A DNA stretch of 62,956 nt, counting the filler, from Octopus bimaculoides (taxonomy: Eukaryota), in assembly GCF_001194135.2 (NCBI RefSeq). It is 10 parts of 8 records of this genome, joined end to end, with 100 filler letters (N's around TTAATTAATTAA, not from the genome) between each part and the next. Parts side by side here need not be neighbours in the genome. Positions count along the whole stretch, not along the records: positions 31,640 to 42,816 come from NC_068984.1; positions 42,917 to 52,996 come from NC_068981.1; 8 more parts are not named here. One strand, given 5' to 3'. Below the pieces are notes generated by a model, which did not search any database, had not been told where the DNA came from, and was given only the letters and a program-made list of their open reading frames with translations. Each line of letters begins with the position of its first letter. Position 1 is the first letter of the stretch. Both the position numbers and the translations under genes were made by a program. Of this stretch, positions 37,690 through 50,559 are shown in pieces.

Positions 37690-39877
37690 NNNNNNNNNNN
37701 NNNNNNNNNNNNNNNNNNNNNNNNNNNNNNNNNNNNNNNNNNNNNNNNNNNNNNNNNNNNNNNNNNNNNNNNNNNNNNNNNNNNNNNNNNNNNNNNNNNN
37801 NNNNNNNNNNNNNNNNNNNNNNNNNNNNNNNNNNNNNNNNNNNNNNNNNNNNNNNNNNNNNNNNNNNNNNNNNNNNNNNNNNNNNNNNNNNNNNNNNNNN
37901 NNNNNNNNNNNNNNNNNNNNNNNNNNNNNNNNNNNNNNNNNNNNNNNNNNNNNNNNNNNNNNNNNNNNNNNNNNNNNNNNNNNNNNNNNNNNNNNNNNNN
38001 NNNNNNNNNNNNNNNNNNNNNNNNNNNNNNNNNNNNNNNNNNNNNNNNNNNNNNNNNNNNNNNNNNNNNNNNNNNNNNNNNNNNNNNNNNNNNNNNNNNN
38101 NNNNNNNNNNNNNNNNNNNNNNNNNNNNNNNNNNNNNNNNNNNNNNNNNNNNNNNNNNNNNNNNNNNNNNNNNNNNNNNNNNNNNNNNNNNNNNNNNNNN
38201 NNNNNNNNNNNNNNNNNNNNNNNNNNNNNNNNNNNNNNNNNNNNNNNNNNNNNNNNNNNNNNNAGACAGATAGATAGACAGATAGATAGACAGATAGATA
38301 GACAGATAGATAGACAGATAGATAGACAGATAGATAGACAGATAGATTGATAGATAGATAGATAGATGTAATTTAAGATTGGTGATAAAAACAGAAAACT
38401 AGAATACAAATATGAGTATATATACGCTTTTATTAATAATTGCACTAATGTATTCTAAAAGGATTTTTGAATCAACGAGTAAATTATAAATTACATTAAA
38501 TTAGCAGAAAACCGTTTGGAGGAGAGTATTCAAGGGAGGTAATATGTCTGGCGTTGAAAGACTCTTCTCGTGGTGGTGGCTGTTGAATGATATCATACGA
38601 TAATCTCTGCTAACTCTAATTTTAAGATATTAAAATGAACAGAAATTGTTTTAGAGAGAGAATTTGCTTGTATTATATAGAGACAAAACTTATTTTAGAA
38701 ATTATGAATATCATTTTTTTTTTCATAAAATAAGCTTTTATTTCAAAGGTACCTTATATCGTTAAACCCCAGAATTTTTTTCATAGAACAACTGTTCTAG
38801 AACCCACTCTATTGTATACATCATTTTCCAGCGGTGACTGTAGGTATCAGGAATTAAGCTCATCGTTTACAAATCCTCGTTAATCTATCGAACTTGGAAA
38901 GACTAATAATGCTAATAGCATTCAACAGTTCGTATAAATAAAATCTTACTGTGGATAACCAAAAGAAATATATTTTCGAGATACGAATGAATGTTACAAC
39001 TTCCTGAACCAATATCTTTAAATTATTAGGCTTTTGAACTTTTTCAGAATTTCTAATTTATTTCGAGAAAATTGTAAAAGTTTTTTTTTTTTTATGAGAT
39101 GTGCCAAACAGAGTTATTTCCCTTTTCTCGCGGGAAAATTTTTCTCAAATATTTTAATTTCATCTTTTAAGAACAAATACAAAAATTTACTGTCCAGGAT
39201 TGGTGCCAGTGTCCTTCTTTAAGCAGACTCGCGCACAAATCTCTAATTATATTATTATGAATACTAAATGCGTCTCATGTACGAAATTACTAGTTATTAC
39301 ACTTCATGTGTGTGTGTGTACTCGCACAATGTATAAAAATGTCAATATATTTAACAACACGCACACACGTGTGTGTATATCTGTAATTCTGCATACAGAT
39401 ATGCTTCTTTCCATGCGTTTCATCCACGCAAGACAACCGGTGTTGGTTTTTTTGTGTCTCTGTAAAATAACGGTTCGACAAAAATAAACTAATTAATTAA
39501 TTAACTGGGCAAAACTAAGTACTAGAGTAGATTCGTTTAACTAATCCCTTCAAAGCGGTGCTCCAGCTTGGCTGCGGTTGAAACAATGTCTACCGTTAAA
39601 TTTAACTGCCTTTTTGATATACACTTTTTATATGCATCAGTATTGACTCCCTCACTGATAATACCTTCTCTCTTAATTACACAAATGAAATTCTTTTTCC
39701 CAAATAAATAACACTCCATATTCGATACTCTGTTGAAGTTATGGAGGGTTATTCAGGCGCTCAACTATGAATCCACGGCTTCCCTAGCAGAAACAGCTAT
39801 AAGCTAATGAACTTCATAGCATAACTTTTTTTTCTTTTGACATTTCATTTTCTTATTGTGTGTGTGTGCGCGTACAC

Positions 39878-39990
39878 ACGGTCCCGGGTTCAGTCCCACT
39901 GCGTGGCACTTTGTGCAAGTGTCTTCTACTATAGCTTCGGGCTGACCAAAGCCTTGTGAGTGGATTTGGTAGACGGAAACTGGAAGAAGC

Positions 39991-40040
<50 letters not shown>

Positions 40041-40255
40041 GTATGTGTGCGTATATGTTTGTGTCTGTTTGTCCCCCCAGCATCGCTTGACAACCGATGC
40101 TTGTGTGTTTACGTCTCTATAACTTGGCGGTTCAGCAAAACAGACCAATAAAATAAGTACTAGGCTTACAAAGAATAAGCTCTGGGGTCGATTTGCTCGA
40201 CTAAAGGCGGTGCTCCAGCATGGTCGCAATCAAATGACTGAAACAAGCAAAAGAG
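39878..40255 (+). mobile_element. SINE family B, nearly full length (head clipped)
   Basis: B-box GGTTCAGTCCC, family body, internal (TA)n and complete tail ending ACTGAAACAAG. Confidence 0.9.
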
Positions 40256-41534
40256 TATACATATATATAAAAATATATATATTTGTATAGAACGAATAGT
40301 GAGGGATTATCAATCCGGGCAGAATACTTCATAAGCTCTCTGCTGGCACAGCAGGCTAACAATATTATTTAGATCAGTGAAGAACTCCAGGTAGTCTTGT
40401 GGCAGGGTCCAAAGTTATGGTTCATCACAATTCTATGTTGTAAATCCGTGGATGGGCTCCAGAGAAACTGGTTTTTACGCAGAATGATATAAATTTAAAA
40501 TGATGGTCATTACATATTATTCCTTTACTTGAGCAAATTTGGCTTACGGCTGTTTCCAGTAGTTTTTATAGGTACATTGCTGGTAGGTTTACTCAATTGG
40601 TCACTTGATCAATTGAGGCAAATTGAACAAACAAAGAAAATTAATAGGACTGTCATCAGAGCCATCTCTGAATATAACAAGCAGAGCACTTGAGAAATGG
40701 CTATTGTGTGAGGAAGGTGGGGGAAAATGATGTTCATGTAGAATAGAGAACAGGAGAAGACAGGTTACAAAGGGGTGGGAGCAAGTAATGCAGTGGTACA
40801 GGAGTCACTTAGTAGAAGTAGGGTTATTGTATTGCGAGATTTGGAAGAGACAGTCTCAAGCATGGCTCAGCACTCATTACCATATATATTCTCCAGCCAT
40901 TGTGTTGAAATTTAATATAGACTTTTCATGGATATAGGTCAGTCTAAAATAGTAAAATTCAGTTTTTAATCTAGCATAGTGGGAGAATAATGTTAGAGAG
41001 TAAAATGATACTCTCTTTATTCATATTGGAGAGGTCATGAAAGCTCTTATCATCAGGATATAAATATTGATTGATTTAGAGATGTTGTTACAAATGGGGT
41101 GATGTCAAGTTAAAGCTGTTGAAAATTAGATGCAAATGTCGGTTGAACTGATTATGCAGGTTTTAAAATTTAAATTGATAAGAGAGGAAGGGTTTAAATT
41201 TTAACTAAAGTTGAAGTTTGTAAAATTAGCATTAAGGTAAACTAAGATACAAAAGATTAGAGTAAACTTGCAGAGTAATGTGTTATATACTAAAACAATT
41301 ATGATGAAGGTGACAGCATCAACAACAATAACATGAAAAAATAACAATAAGAAAATTTTCCAAAATAATAACAGAAATAACAATACCAAATGATTGAAGG
41401 GTACAGGTTTCAATACTGGATGAAAGTAACAATGTTAAAATAAAATATTAAAGTCTTAAAAGAATAAAACAGGATAAATAAAATAAAATTGTTTCTTGAT
41501 AATCCTAAATTTCATCTTTGTACAACATCATTTA

Positions 41535-42318
41535 TCATCGTCATCATCGTCGTTTAATGTCCGCCTTCCATGTTAGCATGGGTTGGACGATTTGACTGAG
41601 GACTGGCGAATCAGAAGACTGCACCAGGCTCCAATCTGATCTGGCAGAGTTTCTACAACTGGATGCCCTTCCTAACGCCAACCACTCCGAGAGTGTAGTG
41701 GGTTCTTTTACATGCCACTGACACGAGGTCCAGTCAGCCGGCACTGGCAACAGCCACACTCAAAATGGTGTTTTTTTCCGTGTCACCTGCACAGGAGCCA
41801 ATCCAGTGGCACTGGTAACGACCTCGCTCGAATGTTGTTTTTCATGTGCCAGTAAGGCAATGCTGATAACAATCATGCTTGAATGGTGCTTTTTACATGC
41901 CACCGGCATGGGAACCAGTCAGCGGCCCTGGCAACGATCATGCTTGGATGGTGCTCTTAACGTTTCACTAGCACGGATGCCAGTCAGGTGGTGCTGTCAT
42001 CAGCCACATCAGCGAATTTGATTTTGATTTCACTTGCCTCAATAGGTCTTTGCAATCAGAGTTTAGTGTCCAATGACCACCTTTTTGAGCATGGCCATTG
42101 CCAATACCGTGTGACTGGCCCTCATGCCGGTGGCACATAAAAGCACCCACTACACTCTCAGAGTGGCTGGCGTTAGGAAGGGCATCCAGCTGTAGAAACT
42201 CTGCCAGATCAGATTGGAGCCTGGTGTAGCCATCTGGTTCACCAGTCCTCAGTCAAATCGTCCAACCCATGCTAGCATGGAAAGCAGACGTTAAATGACA
42301 ATGATGATAATGATGATA
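41535..42318. mobile_element. Composite element with about 185-bp inverted arms resembling RTE-type LINE/SINE 3' tails and internal 50-67-bp subrepeats
   Basis: About 41535-41720 is the reverse complement of about 42128-42318 (GGAAGGGCATCCAG..AGAAACTCTGCCAGATCAGATTGGAGCC..CCAACCCATGCTAGCATGGAA, ending in ATG repeats). Five related subunits lie at about 41697-42010. Confidence 0.85.
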
Positions 42319-42408
42319 TAAGTTCAACCCCCATGTCAGTGTAGAACACGCTCATTAAATAATGATAATGATGACAATGACATACATAGTTACGCACGCG
42401 TGTACATG

Positions 42409-42440
<32 letters not shown>

Positions 42441-42459
42441 ATTTCCAAAGGTCTCGGTG

Positions 42460-43255
42460 ACAAGTCTTTGCCTTGGTGAGGCCTAATGTTTGAAGGTCAT
42501 GCTTCACCACCTCATCCCAGGTCTTCCTAGGTCTACCTCTTCCACAGGTTCCCTCAACCGCTGCGGTGTGTCACTTTTTCACACAGCTATCTTCATCCAT
42601 TCTCGCCACATAACCATACCAGCGCAATTGTCTCTCTTGCACCCACAACTGATGCTTCTAATGTTCAGCTTTTCTCTCAAGATACTTACACCCTGACGGG
42701 TATGCACACTGACATTACACATCCATCGGAGCATACTGGTTTCATTCCTTGTGAGCTTACACATGTCCTCAGCAGTCACAGCCCATGTTTTTCTGCCATG
42801 TAGCATGGCTGTTCGTNNNNNNNNNNNNNNNNNNNNNNNNNNNNNNNNNNNNNNNNNNNNTTAATTAATTAANNNNNNNNNNNNNNNNNNNNNNNNNNNN
42901 NNNNNNNNNNNNNNNNAAATAAGGCATCAGTAGTGCTTTTACCTGGCACGAACCCAAACTGCATCTCATCTAAATTGATTCGCTCCCTAATTAGTTGGGC
43001 TATGACCCTCTCTGTAACTTTCATAACCTGATCTAACAGCTTGATGCCTCTGTAATTATTTGTATCTAAAGCGTCCCCTTTACCTTTGTAGCAGTTGACT
43101 ATGATGCTGCTACACCAGTCATAGGGTATGACTCCTTCGTGTATCACCTGGTTCGTAATACGGGTGACTAGGCTATAGCCAACACTGCCAGATATTTTGA
43201 GCATCTCTGCAGTGATTCCTGATGGGCCGGGGGCTTTCCCGGTCTTCATACTCTT
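42460..43255 (-). mobile_element. RTE-clade LINE, RT fragments
   Basis: MKTGKAPGPSGITAEMLK..KGKGDALDTNNYRGIKLL..QFGFVPGKSTTDA and LHGRKTWAVT..MLRWMCNV..GRGRP. An assembly linker splits the two parts. Confidence 0.9.
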
Positions 43256-46066
43256 ATATATATATATATATATATATGCATACATGATAAGCTTCCATAC
43301 AGTTTCCACAGTTTCCATCTACAAATTTCATTGACAAGGCATTTGTCAAAGTGAGGCTAGAGTAAAAGACACTTGCCCAGGGTATCAAGAACTTGAGTAG
43401 AACTTAAAACCACAATAAATTTTCAAATAGTTTTCATTTTCCCAAAATAACTTACAAGGTTTGGTCAACTTAAGATGGTGGTAGTGGAAGATATTTTACA
43501 AAAGTGCCACAAAGTGGGATCAAACCTTGAACTACACGGTTATTAAGCAAAAAAAAAAAAAAAGGCTTAACTTGATAGCTATGTCTGCCCAGTTATATAG
43601 ATGAGGTAATTTTGGAAACAATGCTTCTTCTAACCATATTTGTGGATGTAGTTGAACTCAAGAATGCAAGCCAATGAAACATTCATCAAGTTTAGTACTT
43701 TCCCTAGTTTTGGTTTTCAACTACATTTCTTTGTAGTACCACTTACAATCAGGTGAACTGAGACACAGTATATTATTGCCAGACAAAGCGTACAGTGCAG
43801 CACCAGTGACAACTACAAACTCTTCATACTTTATAGATTTTCAGAATCCTATTAAATCAGCCATCTACAACTCTCTATATTGTGCGCTTATGTGTTTTTA
43901 AACTATATTTAGCATTTAAACATTTAAAAACTAATCTTTAAATGTTAGTATTGACAAGAACACACATGTGCACATAAGCACTTCACAATCGCACCTATGC
44001 ACACATTTAAACACTGTTGGTTATTACCTTTTTCTTATCTTTAACAGAGAAGCCTTTTACAAAAGATTGCTGTAGAGAAGAAATCATTCAAATGAGTCTA
44101 AGCATGAGGCAGAAATAATTTTTGTTTTTTTATTTGGTATTTAATATGCAATAAACTGAATGGAATCTAAAGTAGAGCTGAAATGTTAAAACAGTCAGCT
44201 TTCAGACATTTGCAATAAGCAATTATTTACTTTTTCTGAGTACAAGAGAGCAAAATGGCAGTATTAGTAGTAGTAGTAACAACAGCAGTGCCAGCAGTAA
44301 CATCAACACAGTGAAGAAATAATTGCAGTTTCATCATATCAATGAGCTTGAGATTTGATCACATGAATATTCTAATACATCCACCAGCTATTAGACTAGC
44401 AGTAGTAGTAGTAGTAACTACAAGAGTAGAATTGTAGCTCCAGTATAGGGCTTGTGGTAGTAGTAGTAGTAGATTAAAGATAGATCATTAAACAAACGTT
44501 ACCTCTTTTTCACATCTAAAACCAGTTTTTTTACCTGTCATCAGAGTTTGCTTTTATTAAATTTATTTGGTCACTCCTTAAACGAAGCATATTACTCCAC
44601 ATCATTATACATAATCCCCTCCCCCATCCTTTCAGCAAATTCTATCCTGATCACCATTAACATCAGGTGTTCTTCCCTATGACACAGTCAAGATGGTTAA
44701 GTGAATGGCTACCCTTCTCAATAAGTTCCTTCATATCCCTCACAATCCCAGTGGTTCATATGAAAATGTACATCTAGAGTAAGTTTCTTATCATCCCCAA
44801 GTGGAACCGGTGTTCAAAAGGATCCCTTTGTGCATTATATGTCATGCATTCTCATAACTTTGCTGAATCCTCATAACTATCTCAACTACAATGAGATCCA
44901 TTTGATAAAGCAACTATGTTTTTTGGATACTTTGCCTCCAATTCTACACTGCATTCACATAACAAAACTGCTCTTGATTTGCTTTTCTATCCAACCTCCT
45001 TCATTACAATGTGCATAGAATTGCTGAGTAAGAAAACTTCTCTGGTTACTGTAATATAACAAGGTGACCAGTATTGATGGTGTTATTGCAATTATTTTCA
45101 AACAGTGTGCTTCTGAGCTAGCATCAAATCACCACTTCTTTTATCATCTTGAGGTACTGTCTCTTTTCAATAACCTTTAGTAATTTCCGTAGAGTTAGAT
45201 CCACTAGAGATCTGCTCTTCTACATTACATTCTAGTGATTAATGACTTTCTAGGACAGAATGTCATTATACTCAACATCAACTTAAAATTGTGACTGGTA
45301 CAAAATTAGTCTAACAAAGTTATTTGCTTATAGGCACCATCTGCTTCTCATCTTTCTTCTCATCTTTAGAACCAAAACATACTTCAACTCTAATCAGCTG
45401 CTGCTTCAGTAAAATTTAAGTGTAGTCCGCATCACAAGATTGCTTACATGGTTAGCACTGCTACTACTTCGCAAACAACTGGCAGAGATTCTGTATGAGC
45501 CATTGAAAGAGTTCCTATGAGATTGTTCAATTTACTAGAAATAGGAGCCAAATATCCTTCAAACTGAATAGTATTATCAAGTCCTTCAAATCAAGAATCA
45601 AATATTCTTTAAATCTTAAACAGGAAGGACACTCTAGATAATATAATCTCAGATATTCCAAACAGATGAAGATGTTTTTTGTAATAGGCTCAGTCAATGT
45701 AGGCTGATTTGAGACTAAACAACATCTTAGACTAATTACAAAACTGCATAATAAGAAACAGAAAAAAAAAAGAAAAGAAGCCTATTCAGTTGATTGGCAG
45801 TTCATTTGCCAGCATGTGACAACCACTAATATACTGGTGCATTGTTTCTTCTCCTTTTTTCTCATCTATTGCTACCTCAACAGTTTTTTGCTTCTCTGCA
45901 AAAAGCTATGTAATACCTCTTTTCAAATTTACCTACTCTCCTCCTCATATCATAATAACTGTATCTTATTATCCAAAGCCTGCACTAAACAACTGGGTAA
46001 ATCAAGCTTAACACTCTGAAATGCTCACTGGCTAAATTGTACACTTGAGGGAAATTCCTCTCTCTC

Positions 46067-46735
46067 TGTTATATATACATAATTACGGACGTAGTAGATA
46101 ACAGCTAGCCTTCGGCCGCACTTTTGGACCCTGTTGTGTCCACTACTCCGATTGGTTGGTATTGGCACAATTTGTCTCTTGCTCTGTTGTGCGCCAATAT
46201 GCAACCCAACCAGTTGCAGCCTTCAAATAAGGTCACGTGAGACAGTCTGTTCTAAACCCCAGTTTGAGCCGACTGCTCCCTATAAAAACTCCAGCTTCTC
46301 CACATCTCGGGGTCATTGGTCCCAGACCTTTTAAGGTCTAGCCACTGACCACACAGGACATAGCTAGTTCCAGCGACAACACAACAGCAGCCACATGGAG
46401 ACTCATCAACTTCGTCCAACAACATTCGATGACCTCCATCTCCATCATTTGTCCTAACGTCAACATCATCTCTCTACGTACACAGCAACCAGCAACACTT
46501 GCACAGGTTCCAACACAACACTGTTCGTGAATTACTTCACCATGGTTAACAGCAAATACAACCTGCGAGAACTCCTGTACCAAGTGACCGGCAGCAGCAT
46601 CGTAGCCACAACTTCACATACGACATGTACCTCAACTGGTTCTGCATTACAGCCACAACTTCTTGATACAGCATTTCAACTATTGTTGAATGGTATTTAT
46701 CATCCTTGTGTCTGAACATTCTTCTAACTTCACAT
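46067..46735 (+). mobile_element. Possible solo LTR or unclassified repeat
   Basis: Starts TGTTAT and is richer in GC and CpG than its flanks, with CCAAT-like motifs and CCCTATAAAAA near 46278. No target-site duplication found. Confidence 0.28.
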
Positions 46736-47885
46736 TATAGACTCTTTCAATGCTCTGTACTTAACGCACATGCATACATCCATGCCTATGCACACACACA
46801 CTTTGTTCTCATGATGGCCTGTCTATTATGTATACAGGATGCACCACAGACACACATGTTAACCTATCAATAAAATCTCTTAAACATTCTACCCGGTTGT
46901 GTCTCTCTTTTCCTTCTGGCACTTATACGCATTTATTCTTTTCATATTTATTGTATCGACTGTATGATGTACTAAGGAGCCATTCTCGTCACCTCTCTTT
47001 GCATGGTCATTTACAAATTAAAAACACAGCTTATATCTTAGAACCAAGGCAGTCTTGAACAGGTTGGTATCAGAAGGGTTAATGAAGTACAAGTTGTAAG
47101 GTGCCATTTTCAAATGATTCTTGATATATGAATATAAAGGTTATACAGGTATTATGTGCAAAACCCATTTAAAGTGCAACAATCTAAATAACAACTATAA
47201 CCTTTTAGAAAACCATGTAGAATTGAGTGACCAATAACAAAGTAGTCAAACCTTTCTACCTCTCAGTATTTCAGCATTTCTATATTTATTGTTGTTGTGC
47301 TTCAGATAACCCTTGGTCAAAGTGTTTCAGCCACAACTATCTTGCTTTTTTTCCAGCCCTAATGTAGCCATTACTAGATTAGAGTGTTGTTAAGGTACAA
47401 TTTGAGATCTGGATGCTATTACTGCACTTCCACGGTGGATCATATTTCTAGAGGGAACTATGAACAAGTAAGAATAACTGACTCATTATTAGCTGAGTTG
47501 GGAGAAATATTGTTACCACATAATTTTGAAATTTATTAGACATCAATAGGGATTTTAGAAAGTTGGTTCCTTAATGGATAGGTTTAACATAACCATTCAT
47601 GACAGATTGAAGTTGTTTTGAGAAATCACTCACTTTAAATATATTTCCTGATGAAGAGTAGTAATTTACAGCTGTCTAAGACAGAAAAATGTCAGCCAGT
47701 TGGGTAGGCTGATAAGCTAGACTGTCAGAAAAAAGGATTTATTAGAGTGTACTACATCAATATCTGGAACATTTAGAACTCAAATAGCTTATTGTAGGGA
47801 TGTGCAGCTTAGAGTTATAAGTGTTGGAAGCATTATGTAATTGACTACTGTTTCACTAATTTGCAATGCTATGTCTAAATCTTAC

Positions 47886-47942
47886 CATCAGTATAGCCCT
47901 GTGTCGAATGGGCTCCACCAAACTGACTTGCACTAGATATAC
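47886..47942 (-). CDS. Candidate small exon downstream of the CNGB-like exon
   Basis: Strong GTAAGA donor. The acceptor is ambiguous: a GAG site gives GISSASQFGGAHSTQGYTD, and a TAG site 10 nt later gives VQVSLVEPIRHRAILM. Both accept the phase-1 end of 48845-49005. Confidence 0.2.
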
Positions 47943-48844
47943 CTCGTGAAAACAATACTTTCAGTCATGTCCCAACAATTTGATGGGTTATGGGAATCAA
48001 AGTTGGCAAAAATGATAGAGTATTGGACAAAATGCCTTCTAGTATTTAGTTATGTCTCTTTACATTCTACAGTCAAATCCTGACAGTCCAACTTTATTTT
48101 CATTCTTCAGGAGGTCAATAATATAAGTACCAGTCAAGTACTAAATCAATTAAATCTAGTATAACCTCTTTCCAGATTTGAGACTTTGTGCCTATGTTAA
48201 ACCTCAATAATTTACCACTATTACCATTGTTGGTTTATAAGTTGGAAATCAATTGAAATCTCTTGGAATAAAATTATTTCAAAAATTCAAATATATCTTT
48301 AACATTTATTAACAAGAATGCTTCAGAAATAGAAAAATATCAGTTACAAATAATCATGAATGGCAAAGATAATAAAGTGTGGATGAGAGCATTTTTGTTT
48401 TTATAAATCTGTCATCTTCAATGTGGAAGCCAGTAACACAAGGTAAATACTTTGATAAATCCCAAGAGTTTGTTGTAGTGGCACTCATGTCTACTTTTGT
48501 AGCATTTAATGAATGAGATATATTGATCTGTGAATAAGAGGCTAGTTTATTGTTGGTAACTTTCTGATGAGGCTAAGTTCTTGTTCTCTAGCAAGGTAAA
48601 TTCGAACAACTGGAAATAAATGTCATGCTCAGTCACAGAACAAAACACCCTTGTAAGTTTAATCACAGTAGTCAGTATGTTGATAGTTTTATCCCCAGAA
48701 CTACACTTTACCTTTACATAAATAAACTATCAAGGAATGAAATCAAGACAGTAAATATCTTTTGCTTTTAATTCCAGTTGTCATGCATTCAACATGGAAT
48801 AACTATTTTAAGTAACTGTTGATATAATGAGATATAATACTGAC

Positions 48845-49005
48845 CTGACTGGACCTCAAGACTGGAGAGTGATGATGATGTTGGTGTGGGAGGCTGAGTT
48901 GTCTTTTCTTTCACTCTTTGCGTGCGACTTGAAAAGGCACGCACCAATTCATGCATCTGTTCACTCAAGGTCCGACTAACATTTGACAAATTGAAAGATT
49001 CATCC
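48845..49005 (-). CDS. Internal exon of a cyclic nucleotide-gated channel beta-subunit-like gene (N-terminal region before S1)
   Basis: Strong T-rich ..TCTTTGACAG acceptor and CAG|GTCAGT donor; 161 nt, phase 2 to phase 1. Encodes DESFNLSNVSRTLSEQMHELVRAFSSRTQRVKEKTTQPPTPTSSSLSSLEVQS, which recalls the conserved L.ELV..F..RT..VKE...P motif of CNGB/TAX-2-type subunits (recalled similarity, not a search result). Confidence 0.72.
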
Positions 49006-50559
49006 CTGTCAAAGATAAAAAAAAATTAGACTTAGAAAACCTTTGTTTAACTATGGAAAACTGGAAAATTGTCTTTCTAGATAAATATACACTTATTGAT
49101 ATATACACACATATACAAGTATACATAACAGAGTAGATCTTCATACATGTATACAACAGTGTGGAAAATTAAAATGGTAATGGAAAAATAAAATATATGA
49201 AAAGAATTATATACAAAATTATTAATAAATAACGAATTTATATTAGAAAAATTAGGAAACCAGTTGTAGCTTACTTCTTTCTTTTATAGTAGGATATGAA
49301 AGAAGGCAATAATTTCCAGAAGGATTTTAATTATATGATTAATTTGATACAAACTGTACAACAGTTCATTGATAGAATCCAAATTTCAATAATCATTTTC
49401 TTTCTTCTCATCTTGTTTTGGTGCTTTGAAGGAATACATTCATCTAGAAATATTTTCTATTCTTTAGAATAAAGCTCTTCTACATTTGTATTATGGTGGT
49501 GGTTGTAACTGTAGTAGTTATAACACTATCCAACAATTTAACATGTAATTAGAAAACAGCTTGGTTATTTACTAAATTTAGACACTAAATGACACTCTTT
49601 TCTGGTATTATTTGACGCTGTACAAACCAATATTTCCCTTGTGTGGTCATCCTCACAGATTAGTTTAAAGTAATTACCAGAAAGTTTCACATTCTAAAAT
49701 TGTATATTTGATGTTCCTTCTTTGCATTTTCTACATATCCCAGTTCTTCAAAATGTCTAATATTTCATTCATATTTTCTTTAGTAGATATTGCTGTCTTA
49801 AACAGTAAAAGCTTAAGCGTATCTGTATCTCCTTGTTATACATTTTAAAACCAAGTTTGAATAAACAGTAAACTACTTGATAAAATATATCAGCATAAAT
49901 TGGCATTTGATCATTTGATATATGACATTGAAAAAAAAAAAAGAAAAAAACTTAAATAATTCTTAAGAAAATTGTTTGATTGCAAACATTTTGTTCACAT
50001 CCACTAATTAACGAAATGAATTTATTTTTAGCAGCCATTTTTCTTCTTTTGCTATAATATCTAAATATACAGAAATTACATAGATGTATAATATCACTGA
50101 AATGGCTTTCTTTTGTAAAGAGAAACTAAAAGCTAAGGAACTAAAATGGAAAGTTTGACCTAAATACAAAGCTTTTAACTGGTTTTCATTTAATTTTTAT
50201 TTCTGGTAAGGCATTTTTCATTTCATGGCTGGTTTATTTTATATTTTCTTGATCTGAATGATTATTTATGTACAGTTTGTTTTTGCAGACTTTTTAGTTT
50301 TTAAAAAAATAGATGTTATTGTTTAGCCTTAGGTAAATTCTGCTCAAGAAGACCTATAATCAAAAGCATCTATGGATAAGGCATTCATCTTTCTTTATTT
50401 TTTGGGAAGATGTAAATGGATTTCTACTCTACTGCAATACACAAACAACAAAATTAAAGATATTTTACATTTATATATATCAATCAATCAAAATCCATAG
50501 CCTAAGAAGTCTGTAGGTATATTACAAGAGACACAACCTCCTCTCTCCATCTTCCTTTT

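Noticed and set aside
38940-39010. SKIYFFWLSTV as the CNG S1 exon
   Set aside because: Similarity stops after a few residues, the expected YN..IP.R does not follow, and there is no good acceptor.
47647-47680. CTGATGAAG as a hammerhead core
   Set aside because: No GAAA follows a stem II.
48564-48600. CTGATGAGGCTA..TAGC as a hammerhead core
   Set aside because: Stem II is possible, but GAAA and stems I and III are missing.
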